This document shows, piece by piece, positions 19,260-28,169 of a stretch of DNA of 32,000 bases (the first letter of the stretch is position 1; each line of letters opens with the position of its first letter). The translations under genes and the position numbers were made by a program. The DNA is from Pseudidiomarina andamanensis (GTDB taxonomy: Bacteria > Pseudomonadota > Gammaproteobacteria > Enterobacterales > Alteromonadaceae), in NCBI RefSeq assembly GCF_009734345.1, contig NZ_CP032551.1, positions 1,380,001 through 1,412,000 on the forward strand, read 5' to 3'. The notes below the pieces were generated by a model. It was given only the letters and a program-made list of their open reading frames with translations, had not been told where the DNA came from and did not search any database.

Positions 19260-20071
19260 CAAAAACACATTTGGGTCACCGCGCAAGAAAGCGCTTTGGA
19301 CAAAACTTCCTACATGATCAATTCGTCATCAACGATATTGTTGACGCAATTAACCCACAACCAAGCGATAACCTTGTTGAAATTGGTCCGGGTTTAGCCG
19401 CTCTCACTGAGCCAGTTGTGGAACGCGCCGGTAAGCTAACGGTGGTTGAGTTAGATCGCGATCTTGCTGATCGCCTTGAACAGCATCCATTTCTGCAAAG
19501 TAAATTAACGGTATTTCGCGGCGATGCATTAAAAACAGATTTTCGTCAGTTTGCCAGCGAGCAACCGATACGTGTTTTTGGTAACCTGCCCTACAACATT
19601 TCTACGCCGCTTATCTTCCACTTATTGGAACACTTGGAAGTTGTGGAAGATATGCACTTTATGTTGCAGAAAGAGGTTGTCGAACGTTTAGCCGCAGAGC
19701 CGAACAGTAAAGCCTATGGACGAATTAGTGTTGCTATCCAACAAGCATACGCAGTTGAACCGGTATTGATGGTACCACCTGGGGCTTTCACGCCGCCGCC
19801 AAAGGTGGAGTCTGCTGTAGTACGACTGGTGCCGCACAAAACATCGCCTTACCCAGTCAACGATCGCAAAGCATTACATAAAATTTGTTTGATTGCGTTT
19901 AATCAACGTCGTAAAACAATTCGTAATAACCTCAAACAAATTATGAACGACGAGCAGCTCGAGGCTCTTGGTATTGACCCAGGCGCACGTCCAGAAACAT
20001 TATCTGTAGCAGACTATTGCCGACTGGCGAACTGGTACAGTGAGCAGCAAGGTGACCATGCATCATATTGA
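19256..20071 (+). CDS. rsmA: 16S rRNA (adenine1518/1519-N6)-dimethyltransferase
   Basis: 271 aa. Motifs [18 protein letters not shown] (SAM binding) and [15 protein letters not shown] overlap with the pdxA stop. Confidence 0.95.
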   Translation: MTKTHLGHRARKRFGQNFLHDQFVINDIVDAINPQPSDNLVEIGPGLAALTEPVVERAGKLTVVELDRDLADRLEQHPFLQSKLTVFRGDALKTDFRQFASEQPIRVFGNLPYNISTPLIFHLLEHLEVVEDMHFMLQKEVVERLAAEPNSKAYGRISVAIQQAYAVEPVLMVPPGAFTPPPKVESAVVRLVPHKTSPYPVNDRKALHKICLIAFNQRRKTIRNNLKQIMNDEQLEALGIDPGARPETLSVADYCRLANWYSEQQGDHASY

Positions 20072-20426
20072 CATTCAAGTGAAAACTCATTTTATTGCTT
20101 CGCATTCAGATGAGAGCGCGAATGAATATGCATTCGCTTACACCATCACCATTACCAACCAATCCGACGTGACTGTTCAGTTACTGAAACGAGCTTGGAA
20201 GATAACCGACGCCGATCATAAAATTACCCGTGTGGCCGGTGACGGTGTTGTGGGTGAGCAACCACATATCGCACCTGGCGAGAGCTATAGCTATACCAGT
20301 GGTACCGTTTTAGCGACGCCAATCGGCACCATGGAAGGCTTTTACACCATGGTTTCAAACTCGGGCGAGCATTTTGATGTTGAAATTCCTTCGTTCCGAC
20401 TCGCTATTCCGAACATCATTCATTAG
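20058..20426 (+). CDS. apaG: ApaG (DUF525) protein
   Basis: ORF 20040..20426 (GTG). I prefer the ATG at 20058 ([10 protein letters not shown]...), preceded by [17 protein letters not shown]...[22 protein letters not shown]...FRLAIP parallels E. coli ApaG. Overlaps the rsmA 3' end by 14 nt. Confidence 0.85.
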   Translation: MHHIDIQVKTHFIASHSDESANEYAFAYTITITNQSDVTVQLLKRAWKITDADHKITRVAGDGVVGEQPHIAPGESYSYTSGTVLATPIGTMEGFYTMVSNSGEHFDVEIPSFRLAIPNIIH

Positions 20427-20428
20427 TC

Positions 20429-21256
20429 ATGGCGCGCTATCTGGTCGGTGACATACAAGGCTGTGCGGCGCCACTAAAACTAGCGCTTAAACAGGTCAAA
20501 TTTGATACCAAGTTTGACGAGCTATGGTGCGTTGGCGACATTATCGGGCGTGGCCCGAGCCCACTTGAATGCCTCGAACTGCTGCGCGATATGGGAACAT
20601 CGACCAAGATAGTTCTTGGAAATCATGACCTGAACTTACTCGCAGTGTTAAGCGGCGTTCGTGAAGCCAATCCAAACGATCAGCTTGATACCGTCGTGAA
20701 CTTACCAGAAAGCGAGAAGCGAGAATGGATCGAGTGGCTGGTACACAAGCCCCTATTAGTACGTAGCGAAGATAACTTAGTGATGACCCACGCGGGCATT
20801 TATCCGTGGTGGAGCGTGACTGAGGCAGAGTCATACGCCAACGAGGTGTCTGAAGCGCTCCAACAGGCATGGCGCTCAAACAAACTCAATGAGTTCTTGG
20901 TAGCGATGTACGGCAATGAACCAACACAGTGGTCAACATCATTAAAAGGAATGGATCGTATTCGGTTTTTTATTAATGTATTCACCCGCATGCGTTTCTG
21001 TGATCTCAGTGGACATCTGAATTTTTCAGTCAAAAAATCCCCCGAAGATAGCACCGTTCCGGCGCATCTCAAGCCGTGGTTTGAATTATGGGACGTTTCC
21101 GAACATACCTTGGTTTTCGGCCACTGGGCAGCGTTGATGGGCAAGACACTGCGTGATGATGTGATTGGCTTAGATACTGGATGTGTTTGGGGCGAGTATT
21201 TAACTGTCATGCGATGGCCAGACGGCCATCGCACCAAAATAAGAGCAGCGAGTTAG
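20429..21256 (+). CDS. apaH: Bis(5'-nucleosyl)-tetraphosphatase, symmetrical
   Basis: 275 aa. [20 protein letters not shown] and GNHD metallophosphatase motifs, as in E. coli ApaH. Confidence 0.95.
   Translation: MARYLVGDIQGCAAPLKLALKQVKFDTKFDELWCVGDIIGRGPSPLECLELLRDMGTSTKIVLGNHDLNLLAVLSGVREANPNDQLDTVVNLPESEKREWIEWLVHKPLLVRSEDNLVMTHAGIYPWWSVTEAESYANEVSEALQQAWRSNKLNEFLVAMYGNEPTQWSTSLKGMDRIRFFINVFTRMRFCDLSGHLNFSVKKSPEDSTVPAHLKPWFELWDVSEHTLVFGHWAALMGKTLRDDVIGLDTGCVWGEYLTVMRWPDGHRTKIRAAS
21210..21233. other. GC-rich 9-10 bp hairpin with tetraloop inside the last 15 codons of apaH, 21 nt beyond the convergent tyrS stop
   Basis: GCGATGGCC (21211-21219), loop AGAC, GGCCATCGC (21224-21232), plus a flanking T:A pair (21210/21233). 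No U-tract follows on either strand. Confidence 0.6.
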
Positions 21257-22455
21257 CTCAAAGTGATTCGAGCAAATTTGCGTTTCCCAACTTGATAGAC
21301 AGCGGTGGTTCCCGCCGTTAACGTTAGCTTGGTATCGCTCACTTTTTCACCGTCGATCTTTACCGCACCTTGTTTAATCATGCGCATCGCTTCAGAAGTC
21401 GAAGCCACAAGTTCGGCCTCACGCAATAAATTACCGATCGCCAATTCGCCATTATCACTGGTAACCGTTATCTCTGGCATTTCATCTGGAATTGCGTTTT
21501 TGCTAAAGCGCTGGATAAAGTCCTGCTCGGCAGCATCCGCTGCCGCCTCGTCATGGAAGCGTGCGATAATTTCTTTTGCCAACAGCACTTTATAATCACG
21601 CGGGTTCGCGCCATCAGCGACAGCCTGTTTAAAGCTCTTAATTTCATCTAGTGGGCGGAAGCTTAACAACTCGTAATAGCGCCACATCAGTTCATCAGAA
21701 ACTGACATAACCTTACCAAACATGTCATTTGCAGGCTCAGTAATACCGATATAGTTACCAAGCGACTTTGACATTTTTTGAACGCCATCGAGTCCTTCAA
21801 GCAAAGGCACCATAATGACGGTTTGCGGCTTTTGCCCTTCGTCTTTTTGTAACTCACGACCCATAAGTAGATTAAAGCGCTGATCGGTTCCACCGAGTTC
21901 AACATCTGCTTTTAGGGCAACCGAATCCCAGCCTTGCACTAACGGGTACAAAAACTCGTGAATAGCAATCGGTTGTCCTGAGCCATAACGCTTTTTGAAG
22001 TCATCGCGTTCAAGCATACGTGCTACCGTCTGACGCGCTGCTAGCTTGATCATGCCAGCGGCACCCAGCTCATTCATCCATTCAGAATTGAATCGAATTT
22101 TGGTTTTGGTAGGGTCAAGAATTTTAAATACTTGCTCTTTGTAGGTTTGCGCATTGGCCAGCACATCTTCACGCGATAATGGCTTGCGGGTGACATTTTT
22201 ACCGGTTGGATCACCAATCATCCCGGTAAAGTCACCAATCAAAAAGATAATTTCGTGACCAAGATCTTGAAACACGCGCATCTTGTTGATGAGAACAGTG
22301 TGGCCGAGGTGTAAATCGGGTGCGGTTGGGTCAAAACCAGCCTTAATTACAAGTGGCTTGCCACTTGCTAGCTTCTCTTTAAGCTCTTCTGCTAAAAGAA
22401 TTTCTTCGGTACCACGCGCAATTTCTGCAAACGCATCCGCAGCTGACAAGGTCAT
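21253..22455 (-). CDS. tyrS: Tyrosine--tRNA ligase (type 2, about 400 aa, C-terminal S4 domain)
   Basis: ORF 21253..22584, trimmed to the ATG at 22455 ([12 protein letters not shown]...) with GGGAGAAAG upstream. HIGH-type motif PDLHLGH and KMSKS motif. The 43-codon track extension has no homologue-like content. Confidence 0.9.
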   Translation of the reverse strand: MTLSAADAFAEIARGTEEILLAEELKEKLASGKPLVIKAGFDPTAPDLHLGHTVLINKMRVFQDLGHEIIFLIGDFTGMIGDPTGKNVTRKPLSREDVLANAQTYKEQVFKILDPTKTKIRFNSEWMNELGAAGMIKLAARQTVARMLERDDFKKRYGSGQPIAIHEFLYPLVQGWDSVALKADVELGGTDQRFNLLMGRELQKDEGQKPQTVIMVPLLEGLDGVQKMSKSLGNYIGITEPANDMFGKVMSVSDELMWRYYELLSFRPLDEIKSFKQAVADGANPRDYKVLLAKEIIARFHDEAAADAAEQDFIQRFSKNAIPDEMPEITVTSDNGELAIGNLLREAELVASTSEAMRMIKQGAVKIDGEKVSDTKLTLTAGTTAVYQVGKRKFARITLS

Positions 22456-22546
22456 ATTCGGCTTTCTCCCTACGCAATTCAAATTGGCCACAAACCCCGC
22501 ATTGTATGCTATTTCCTTAACTCTTTTAAGCGCAATTAATGGTAAA

Positions 22547-22577
22547 TTGACTGGAAAATCGCCATGCTTCATATTAT
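22547..22577 (+). promoter_or_regulatory. Candidate sigma70 promoter for mepM-anmK
   Basis: TTGACT (22547-22552), then 17 nt, then CATATT (22570-22575). Alternatively, 19 nt to TATTAT (22572-22577). About 45 nt upstream of the mepM ATG. Confidence 0.35.
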
Positions 22578-22624
22578 TCTGCAATCTGACTTACAAAAAT
22601 AATGCGCTAACACATCGGAAGGTT

Positions 22625-23953
22625 ATGAAGTCGATTCCTAAATATATGACAAGATTCATCGCCGCTTTACCGCGTCGACATCAAGTACTGCTCAGCTCTG
22701 TCTGTGCGGTAACGCTCCTTGTTGTGTTGCTTCCATCCGAATCTGCGACAGCATCCAAACACGTCTCTGAGCCTCAACTGGGCCAAGCCGAATTAATTCT
22801 AGGGCAACGTTACCAGTTACAAATTGAGGTAGAAAATCCGCAAGCCAATGTGAATGGCCAGCAGGACAACACCGTGCGTTGGAGCGGTTATGAAGTTCGC
22901 TCTGGTGATTCGCTAGCGCGTATTTTCGATAAAATGGGATTCACCCCACAACAGCTTTATCGTGTAACGCAAGATTCTCAAGCCGATAAGTTATTGCGCA
23001 AAATCCACCCAGGTGACACCCTGCGTTTTGCCAAAGACGAAAATGACGATTTGATTCAAATTGCTTATCAGATTAATCCAACCGACACGTTAATTGTGAG
23101 TAAATCGGAAGACGGCTTCGTTAGTGAAATTGAATCAAAGACAGTTGAAGTAAGAACCGAAACCGCGCATGCGCGAATCACTTCAAGCTTCTGGAATGCG
23201 GGAATCGATGCTGGTTTGACCGAAGGTCAGATCATGAGTATTGCCGATATTTTTGGCTGGGATATCGACTTTGCACTCGACTTACGCGAAGGCGATGAGT
23301 TTAGTGTCATGTTCGAGAAAGAGTACGCCGACGGTGAATTTGTTGGTTACGGCCGCGTACTGGCTGCTGAATTTGTGAACCGCGGCGAGCATTACCAAGC
23401 CTTTTTGCACGAGAATGGTGATTTTTACAATGCCGAAGGTCGTGCAATGCGGAAGTCATTCCTCCGATCGCCAGTTAAGTTTACCTACATCAGCTCAAGT
23501 TTTAATCCGCGTCGCTTACATCCAGTGACTGGTAAGGTGCGTCCGCATAATGGTATCGACTATGCGGCTCAAACAGGCACCCCAGTAATGTCATCTGGCG
23601 CAGGTAAAGTTATTGCTAGCGCCTATAACAACCTAAATGGCCACTATGTTTTTATTCAACATGGCGAGCGTTATGTTACTAAGTATCTGCATTTGAGTAA
23701 GCGCCTCGTAAAAAAAGGACAACGGGTGAAGCAAGGTGAACTGATTGGCCGCGTTGGCGCAACAGGCCGTGTTACCGGTGCGCACCTTCATTACGAATTT
23801 CTAGTCGATGGCGTTCATCGTAACCCTCGTACAGTTAAGTTCCCACAAGCCGAATCACTCGTTGCTGGTGAACTTCCGGTATTCAAAGAGATGGCTCAGC
23901 AGCGTCTCGCAGTTTTGAATGACAGTAAACGGTTGTATTTGGCGATGCGCTAA
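22625..23953 (+). CDS. mepM: M23-family murein endopeptidase with N-terminal membrane anchor (MepM/YebA-like)
   Basis: ORF 22283..23953, trimmed to the ATG at 22625 (MKSIPKYMTRFIAALPRRHQVLLSSVCAVTLLVVLL, TM anchor) with GGAAGG upstream. LytM motifs HNGIDYAA and GAHLHYEF. The tyrS / M23 peptidase / anmK arrangement is also seen in Pseudomonas (from memory). Confidence 0.8.
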   Translation: MKSIPKYMTRFIAALPRRHQVLLSSVCAVTLLVVLLPSESATASKHVSEPQLGQAELILGQRYQLQIEVENPQANVNGQQDNTVRWSGYEVRSGDSLARIFDKMGFTPQQLYRVTQDSQADKLLRKIHPGDTLRFAKDENDDLIQIAYQINPTDTLIVSKSEDGFVSEIESKTVEVRTETAHARITSSFWNAGIDAGLTEGQIMSIADIFGWDIDFALDLREGDEFSVMFEKEYADGEFVGYGRVLAAEFVNRGEHYQAFLHENGDFYNAEGRAMRKSFLRSPVKFTYISSSFNPRRLHPVTGKVRPHNGIDYAAQTGTPVMSSGAGKVIASAYNNLNGHYVFIQHGERYVTKYLHLSKRLVKKGQRVKQGELIGRVGATGRVTGAHLHYEFLVDGVHRNPRTVKFPQAESLVAGELPVFKEMAQQRLAVLNDSKRLYLAMR

Positions 23954-25077
23954 TGCCGCAACGTGAGCTCTTCCTCGGCCTCATGTCAGGCACCAGCATG
24001 GACGGGCTTGACGTGGTGCTTGTGGAATTTGATTCGGCACAACCAGAACTTCTGCAGCACCGTCAATATCCTATTGATGACCAGCTCCAGCAACAACTTC
24101 ATACACTCTGTCACGAGTCACCGGACGAGCTTCATCTCTGGGGTATGGCAGACCGATGCTTTTCTGAATTTTGTGCTGCGGCTGTTAATGATTTTCTCGC
24201 TTATTACAATATTTCCCCCAGTGCGATTACCGCGATTGGTAGCCATGGACAAACCGTTCGTCATCAACCCGATCAATCACCGGCCTACACGCTACAATTG
24301 GGTGATCCAAATACACTTGCAGTACTAACTAGCATACCTGTGATTGCCGATTTTCGTCGTAAAGATGTCGCACTCGGTGGGCAAGGCGCACCTCTTGTGC
24401 CAGCATTTCATCAGGCCATATTTAGCAGTTTTGATGAGTCACGCGTTATTTTGAACCTTGGGGGCATTGCCAATATTACTTGGCTTCCCGGAACGCCAGC
24501 TGGGGTCACCGGATTTGATACAGGGCCAGCAAATACCTTATTAGATAGATGGTTCAAAGCATGTCACCCCAACCATGATGACGATTTTGATCGGCATGGC
24601 GCATTTGCGGCGCATGGACAAGTTCTTGATGACGTGCTCGCAAAGCTACTCAATGATGACTATTTCAAACGTTCTCCACCCAAAAGTACCGGACGTGACG
24701 ATTTCAATTTGACTTGGCTTGAGAAGCACCTTGGCGATTTAGCGCAATTTAAAGCGGAAGATTTACAAGCGACTCTTGTCGAACTGACAGCTTGCACAGT
24801 AACCCAAGCAATCAAAGATTGGTTGCCTGAACGTCCTGAGACTATTTTTGTTGCCGGTGGCGGTGCTTATAACCCCATTTTGATGAGTGCTCTAAAGGCT
24901 AAATTACCGCATTGTGGATGGCATGCGACGTCGGTGCTTGGTGTTGCCCCTCAGCACGTTGAAGCAATGGCATTTGCCTGGCTTGCACGCTGCTATATGC
25001 ACCGTGTGCCAGGCAATTTACCTGCTGTAACAGGAGCAAGCCGCCCAACAATACTCGGCGGCTTGTATTTACCTTAG
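23953..25077 (+). CDS. anmK: Anhydro-N-acetylmuramic acid kinase
   Basis: 374 aa. N-terminal GLMSGTSMDGLD motif. 1-nt overlap with the mepM stop (TAATG). Confidence 0.9.
   Translation: MPQRELFLGLMSGTSMDGLDVVLVEFDSAQPELLQHRQYPIDDQLQQQLHTLCHESPDELHLWGMADRCFSEFCAAAVNDFLAYYNISPSAITAIGSHGQTVRHQPDQSPAYTLQLGDPNTLAVLTSIPVIADFRRKDVALGGQGAPLVPAFHQAIFSSFDESRVILNLGGIANITWLPGTPAGVTGFDTGPANTLLDRWFKACHPNHDDDFDRHGAFAAHGQVLDDVLAKLLNDDYFKRSPPKSTGRDDFNLTWLEKHLGDLAQFKAEDLQATLVELTACTVTQAIKDWLPERPETIFVAGGGAYNPILMSALKAKLPHCGWHATSVLGVAPQHVEAMAFAWLARCYMHRVPGNLPAVTGASRPTILGGLYLP
25037..25065 (+). terminator. Terminator-like 9-bp GC-rich hairpin inside the last 13 codons of anmK
   Basis: CAAGCCGCC (25037-25045), an 11-nt loop, GGCGGCTTG (25057-25065), followed by TATTTACCTTAG, where TAG (25075-25077) is the anmK stop. 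It lies 26 nt beyond the convergent pepQ stop. Confidence 0.4.
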
Positions 25078-25090
25078 TTCGAACGTCTTT

Positions 25091-26404
25091 TTAACTTCCT
25101 AATTCAGCAAAGGCATCACGAGTAAGATTTTCATTATTACCATCTTTCCCGACAACAATACTGTCTTCAATCCGAATACCGCCGTATGGGCGTAATTCCG
25201 CAATTTTTTCCCAATTGAAGTCTTTGTTATCGGCATGCTCTTCAAGCAACTGATCAACAACATAGAGCCCTGGTTCAATGGTGAACACTTGGCCTTCCTC
25301 AACGTCGCGGAGTAATCGCAAGAATGGATGACGCGGATCACGAGCAATGGTGTCGCCACGATCATTTGCCAAGAAACCACCCACATCATGCACTTGCAAA
25401 CCTATGAAATGACCCAAGCCATGCGGGAAGAATGCGCTGCTGTAGCCTTGCTCGTAAATACTTTCGGCGGTGCCTTTCACGAAGCCAAATTCGCTCAAAA
25501 TTTTTGCGATTTTGAGGTGTTGGCTGACATGCAGTTCGTAGTAGTTAATACCCGGCTTAATTTCACCTAACAAGCTCTGTTGCGCGTCGTCCATTGCCGC
25601 AATCAAATCCGCAAAGAAACCTTCTTCACGCGCGTATGTACGGGTAATGTCTGCACAGTAACCACGATACAACGCGCCAGCATCAATTAAGAATGAGCGT
25701 GACTGCTCTGGTGCGCTCGTTTCATACACATCGTAGTGCAGCACCGCACCGTGCTCATTCAACGCGACAATGCTGTTATATGGAACTTGGCTTTCACGAA
25801 AGTTAATCGCAGCAAGATAAGCGTGATGAATTTCTAACTCACTAGCGCCAGCCATGAATGCATCACGAGCAGCAAGGTGCGCTTTGGCTGCCAGTTTATT
25901 CGCCTGACGCATGTTCTCTATTTCCCACGCGGTTTTGATCGCGCGATGGAAGTGCAAATGATCAATCAAGTTAGCGGGGTTACGTGCTTTAACTGGCCAG
26001 CTCGCCACCGGTTCGGCAAAGTCTTCACCAATAAAAGCAGCTGATTTAATTTTGTCACCAAGCCAATCCGTCATTTTTTCTTGGCTGTCGATCACAACAA
26101 GTTCAACGTGTTGTTGCCATTCTTCTTCGGGGGTTTTTACTTCAGCGTGCCAAAAATCGCGCGGTTTAAACAAGAATACAACCGGCTTTTGGCCTGGCTG
26201 GTAAAAAACGGCACTCTTCGGACTTTCAATGACAGGAACCCAGTACTTAAACAGTGGGTTCACTTTATAGGGAGCTGGATTATCATCCAAAAAGGCAACG
26301 CGTGGCTGCCCAGCATAGATAAGAACAGAATCGAAACCAGTTGCGGCAAGGGCTGCGTCAAATCTGGCTTTAACTGTGGCGATATGGTCTGCGTAAGCGC
26401 TCAT
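25091..26404 (-). CDS. pepQ: Xaa-Pro dipeptidase (prolidase)
   Basis: ORF 25091..26434, trimmed to the ATG at 26404 (MSAYADHIATVKARF, compare E. coli ...LYKNHIATLQER) with GAGG 6 nt upstream. M24B metal ligands lie in DAGALYRGYCADITRT, HGLGHFIGLQVHD, EPG and IRIED. Confidence 0.85.
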   Translation of the reverse strand: MSAYADHIATVKARFDAALAATGFDSVLIYAGQPRVAFLDDNPAPYKVNPLFKYWVPVIESPKSAVFYQPGQKPVVFLFKPRDFWHAEVKTPEEEWQQHVELVVIDSQEKMTDWLGDKIKSAAFIGEDFAEPVASWPVKARNPANLIDHLHFHRAIKTAWEIENMRQANKLAAKAHLAARDAFMAGASELEIHHAYLAAINFRESQVPYNSIVALNEHGAVLHYDVYETSAPEQSRSFLIDAGALYRGYCADITRTYAREEGFFADLIAAMDDAQQSLLGEIKPGINYYELHVSQHLKIAKILSEFGFVKGTAESIYEQGYSSAFFPHGLGHFIGLQVHDVGGFLANDRGDTIARDPRHPFLRLLRDVEEGQVFTIEPGLYVVDQLLEEHADNKDFNWEKIAELRPYGGIRIEDSIVVGKDGNNENLTRDAFAELGS

Positions 26405-26411
26405 AAATACC

Positions 26412-26443
26412 TCGGTTAGAATGTGTGGCAACATTCTAACCGA
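26412..26443 (-). promoter_or_regulatory. 13-bp perfect hairpin between the erpA stop and the pepQ start
   Basis: TCGGTTAGAATGT (26412-26424), loop GTGGCA, ACATTCTAACCGA (26431-26443). On the minus strand the 3' arm runs directly into GGTATTT-ATG, so the first two bases of the pepQ GAGG SD are paired. Confidence 0.45.
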
Positions 26444-26463
26444 AACAGCGCATTAACTCATCT

Positions 26464-26811
26464 TTAGATAGAGAAGCTTGACCCACAGCCACATGTAGTC
26501 GTCGCATTCGGGTTGTCGACAAAAAAGCGCGCGCCTTGCAGGCCCTCTTCGTAATTCACCGTACCGCCAACCAAATATTGCAGACTCATTGGGTCAACCA
26601 CCAAGGTCACACCGTTTTTCTCGATTTCCATATCACCAGGGTTGGTCTTTTCATCAAAGGTAAAACCATATTGGAAACCTGAACAGCCGCCACCTGTCAC
26701 ATAAACACGCAGTTTCAACGCTGGGTTTTCTTCTTCAGCGATAAGTTTTTTAACTTTGTTTGCTGCAGATTCAGTGAACTGAATTGGCATGGCTTGCGCA
26801 ACATCTGACAT
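26464..26811 (-). CDS. erpA: A-type iron-sulfur cluster carrier protein ErpA
   Basis: 115 aa. Cys ligands in GGCSGFQY and the C-terminal CGCGSSFSI. Confidence 0.9.
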   Translation of the reverse strand: MSDVAQAMPIQFTESAANKVKKLIAEEENPALKLRVYVTGGGCSGFQYGFTFDEKTNPGDMEIEKNGVTLVVDPMSLQYLVGGTVNYEEGLQGARFFVDNPNATTTCGCGSSFSI

Positions 26812-26844
26812 AGTCTTTTGGTACCTCTTGAAAATTCTGGCTCT

Positions 26845-26873
26845 ATTTTCTCTTACCTGACTAAAAGGGTCAA
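26845..26873 (-). promoter_or_regulatory. Candidate sigma70 promoter for erpA
   Basis: The minus strand reads TTGACC (26873-26868, overlapping the TGA stop of the upstream hypothetical gene), then 17 nt, then GAAAAT (26850-26845). The ATG lies about 34 nt downstream. Confidence 0.35.
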
Positions 26874-27598
26874 GTATTGCCTTGCAGAAGTTGGCTCCAA
26901 TAGAAGCTTCGCGTTAGTGTTTGACTGGCACCATTTATTGTCACCTCAACGTCAATGCGCTCTGGTAAGAAGTCTTCTGGCAGCACAAAGTCACCAGCTT
27001 GAACGGTAAAGTATCGCATACTAAATTGCCGATCTTTCGCTTCAATATTTGCCAGCGCCAACAAATCGAAGCTCGCTGATTTATCATCCTTACGCCCATG
27101 CAAACGCATAGTGAGCGTACCTTTTGTGAGGTTGCGCAAACGTTCCATCTGCACAATAGCAATTCGAAAATGGTAATGATCGGCGGCAATGTTTTGTTGC
27201 AACTCAAGTGAATCGATAACCACGCCACTGGCTTCCATTTCCGGCGCCATAATTTTCTGATAGAACGTCAACTCGCGTCGTAACGCAAAGTTTTCGTCTT
27301 GAGCCATTAGCAGTTCTTGCTGCAAGCTTTGGCTAGCAGCACGCTCAATGCCTAACTCAACGGTGGCGATGTGTTGCTGATAATCAAATGTTTCAGCTCG
27401 CTCATAAAGTTGTTCTATGGCTGCTTCTTGCTGTGCGATTTTCTCATTGAGGGTTAACACATGCCAATGACCACCCCAATAACCAGCTAATGCACCAATC
27501 GCGATTGCTAGAGCAATGACGCCCCAACCGCCAAAGCGATGAACTAATGCTGCTGTTATAATATTTTGCTTCTCTTTCATGGGCTCACTTCTTATCAT
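26870..27598 (-). CDS. Conserved hypothetical protein: N-terminal TM anchor, coiled-coil segment, C-terminal globular domain
   Basis: 242-aa ORF (236 aa if the ATG at 27580 is used; neither start has a strong SD). One hydrophobic helix ([19 protein letters not shown]). A heptad-like Q/E/L-rich stretch ([19 protein letters not shown]...[22 protein letters not shown]). No catalytic motif that I recognise. It may belong to a DUF family found next to erpA in other gammaproteobacteria, but I cannot verify the family name. Confidence 0.6.
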   Translation of the reverse strand: MIRSEPMKEKQNIITAALVHRFGGWGVIALAIAIGALAGYWGGHWHVLTLNEKIAQQEAAIEQLYERAETFDYQQHIATVELGIERAASQSLQQELLMAQDENFALRRELTFYQKIMAPEMEASGVVIDSLELQQNIAADHYHFRIAIVQMERLRNLTKGTLTMRLHGRKDDKSASFDLLALANIEAKDRQFSMRYFTVQAGDFVLPEDFLPERIDVEVTINGASQTLTRSFYWSQLLQGNT

Positions 27599-27664
27599 GA
27601 ATTAGCGCCATGCTACGCAGGCGCAGTTTCCGACGCAACTAAAATTAGACACATAGGCCTTTAG

Positions 27665-28090
27665 ATGATTCTTTGGTTAAAAGCGTTTCACGTTATTTTT
27701 ATGGTGGCTTGGTTTGCTGGCATTTTTTATTTGCCGCGATTATTTGTGTACCACGCGCAGAACCAAAACAATGATGTTCACGAGCAATTCAAAGTAATGG
27801 AACGTCGTTTGCTCTATTTCGTCACGCCATTTGCTATTTTGACGCTGGTATTTGGCTTGGCCTTAATGTGGGTTTATGGCGGAGCATGGCTAAAAGCCAG
27901 TGGTTGGCTGCATATCAAACTTGTCATCGTCACCTTACTATACGTTTATCACGGCTATTGTTTTAAGTTATTAGCTGACTTTAAACATAACCGAAACACG
28001 CGTAGCCATAAATTCTACCGCGTTTTTAACGAGATTCCGGTGCTGGCTTTATTTGCCATTATCATTTTAGTCGTGGTCAAACCGTTTTAG
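27665..28090 (+). CDS. hemJ: Protoporphyrinogen IX oxidase HemJ (UPF0093 membrane protein)
   Basis: 141 aa, four predicted TM helices. LKAFHVIFMVAWFAGIFYLPRLFVYH is the hallmark HemJ N-terminal segment. Confidence 0.8.
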   Translation: MILWLKAFHVIFMVAWFAGIFYLPRLFVYHAQNQNNDVHEQFKVMERRLLYFVTPFAILTLVFGLALMWVYGGAWLKASGWLHIKLVIVTLLYVYHGYCFKLLADFKHNRNTRSHKFYRVFNEIPVLALFAIIILVVVKPF

Positions 28091-28109
28091 CGGTTTGATC
28101 ATTCTTTTT
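28078..28109 (+). terminator. Weak terminator-like hairpin spanning the hemJ stop codon
   Basis: CAAACCG (28078-28084), loop TTTTAG (containing the TAG stop), CGGTTTG (28091-28097), then ATCATTCTTTTT. The stem is only 7 bp, with 4 GC pairs. Confidence 0.3.
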
Positions 28110-28133
28110 AAGCGCACTTTCTGTTAAAGTACT

Positions 28134-28162
28134 GGCCCAGTGTGTGCAATCACTGCAGGGCC
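28134..28162 (+). promoter_or_regulatory. Bulged hairpin immediately upstream of the pyrB start
   Basis: GGCC+CAGTG (28134-28142), an 8-nt loop, CACTG (28151-28155), a 3-nt bulge, GGCC (28159-28162). The 3' side contains CAGGG, the only SD-like element for the ATG at 28170. Confidence 0.3.
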
Positions 28163-28169
28163 TTTCATC

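Noticed and set aside
20800-21237. 145-aa ORF antisense to apaH, and similar antisense ORFs at 3358-3738, 5846-6199, 13417-13838 and 14370-14672
   Set aside because: All lie wholly inside, or mostly inside, well-supported genes on the other strand. They have arbitrary composition (rich in R/S/C/H), no SD-plus-start context that I could see and no recognisable motifs. They are most simply explained as frame shadows of real genes.
22524-22534. The 11-mer TTTTAAGCGCA is shared by the tyrS/mepM spacer (22524-22534) and the hemJ/pyrB spacer (28106-28116), a possible repeat element or common operator
   Set aside because: In 32 kb, on the order of a hundred repeated 11-mers are expected by chance. 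The flanks do not extend the match and there is no dyad symmetry.
22283-22624. 114-codon N-terminal extension of the M23 peptidase ORF (track ORF 22283..23953), running antisense through the 5' part of tyrS
   Set aside because: The extension is low-complexity (S/A/L-rich) with no homologue-like content. The ATG at 22625 has an SD and begins with a basic-then-hydrophobic membrane anchor typical of MepM-like proteins. The overlap would cover the tyrS HIGH-motif region.
28091-28169. Enterobacterial-type pyrBI attenuator (leader peptide plus UTP-sensitive terminator) upstream of pyrB
   Set aside because: There is no leader ORF with an SD. The hairpin is followed by only three T residues, and the spacer is too short for the pause-hairpin/terminator arrangement known in E. 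coli. I kept only the bare hairpin observation.
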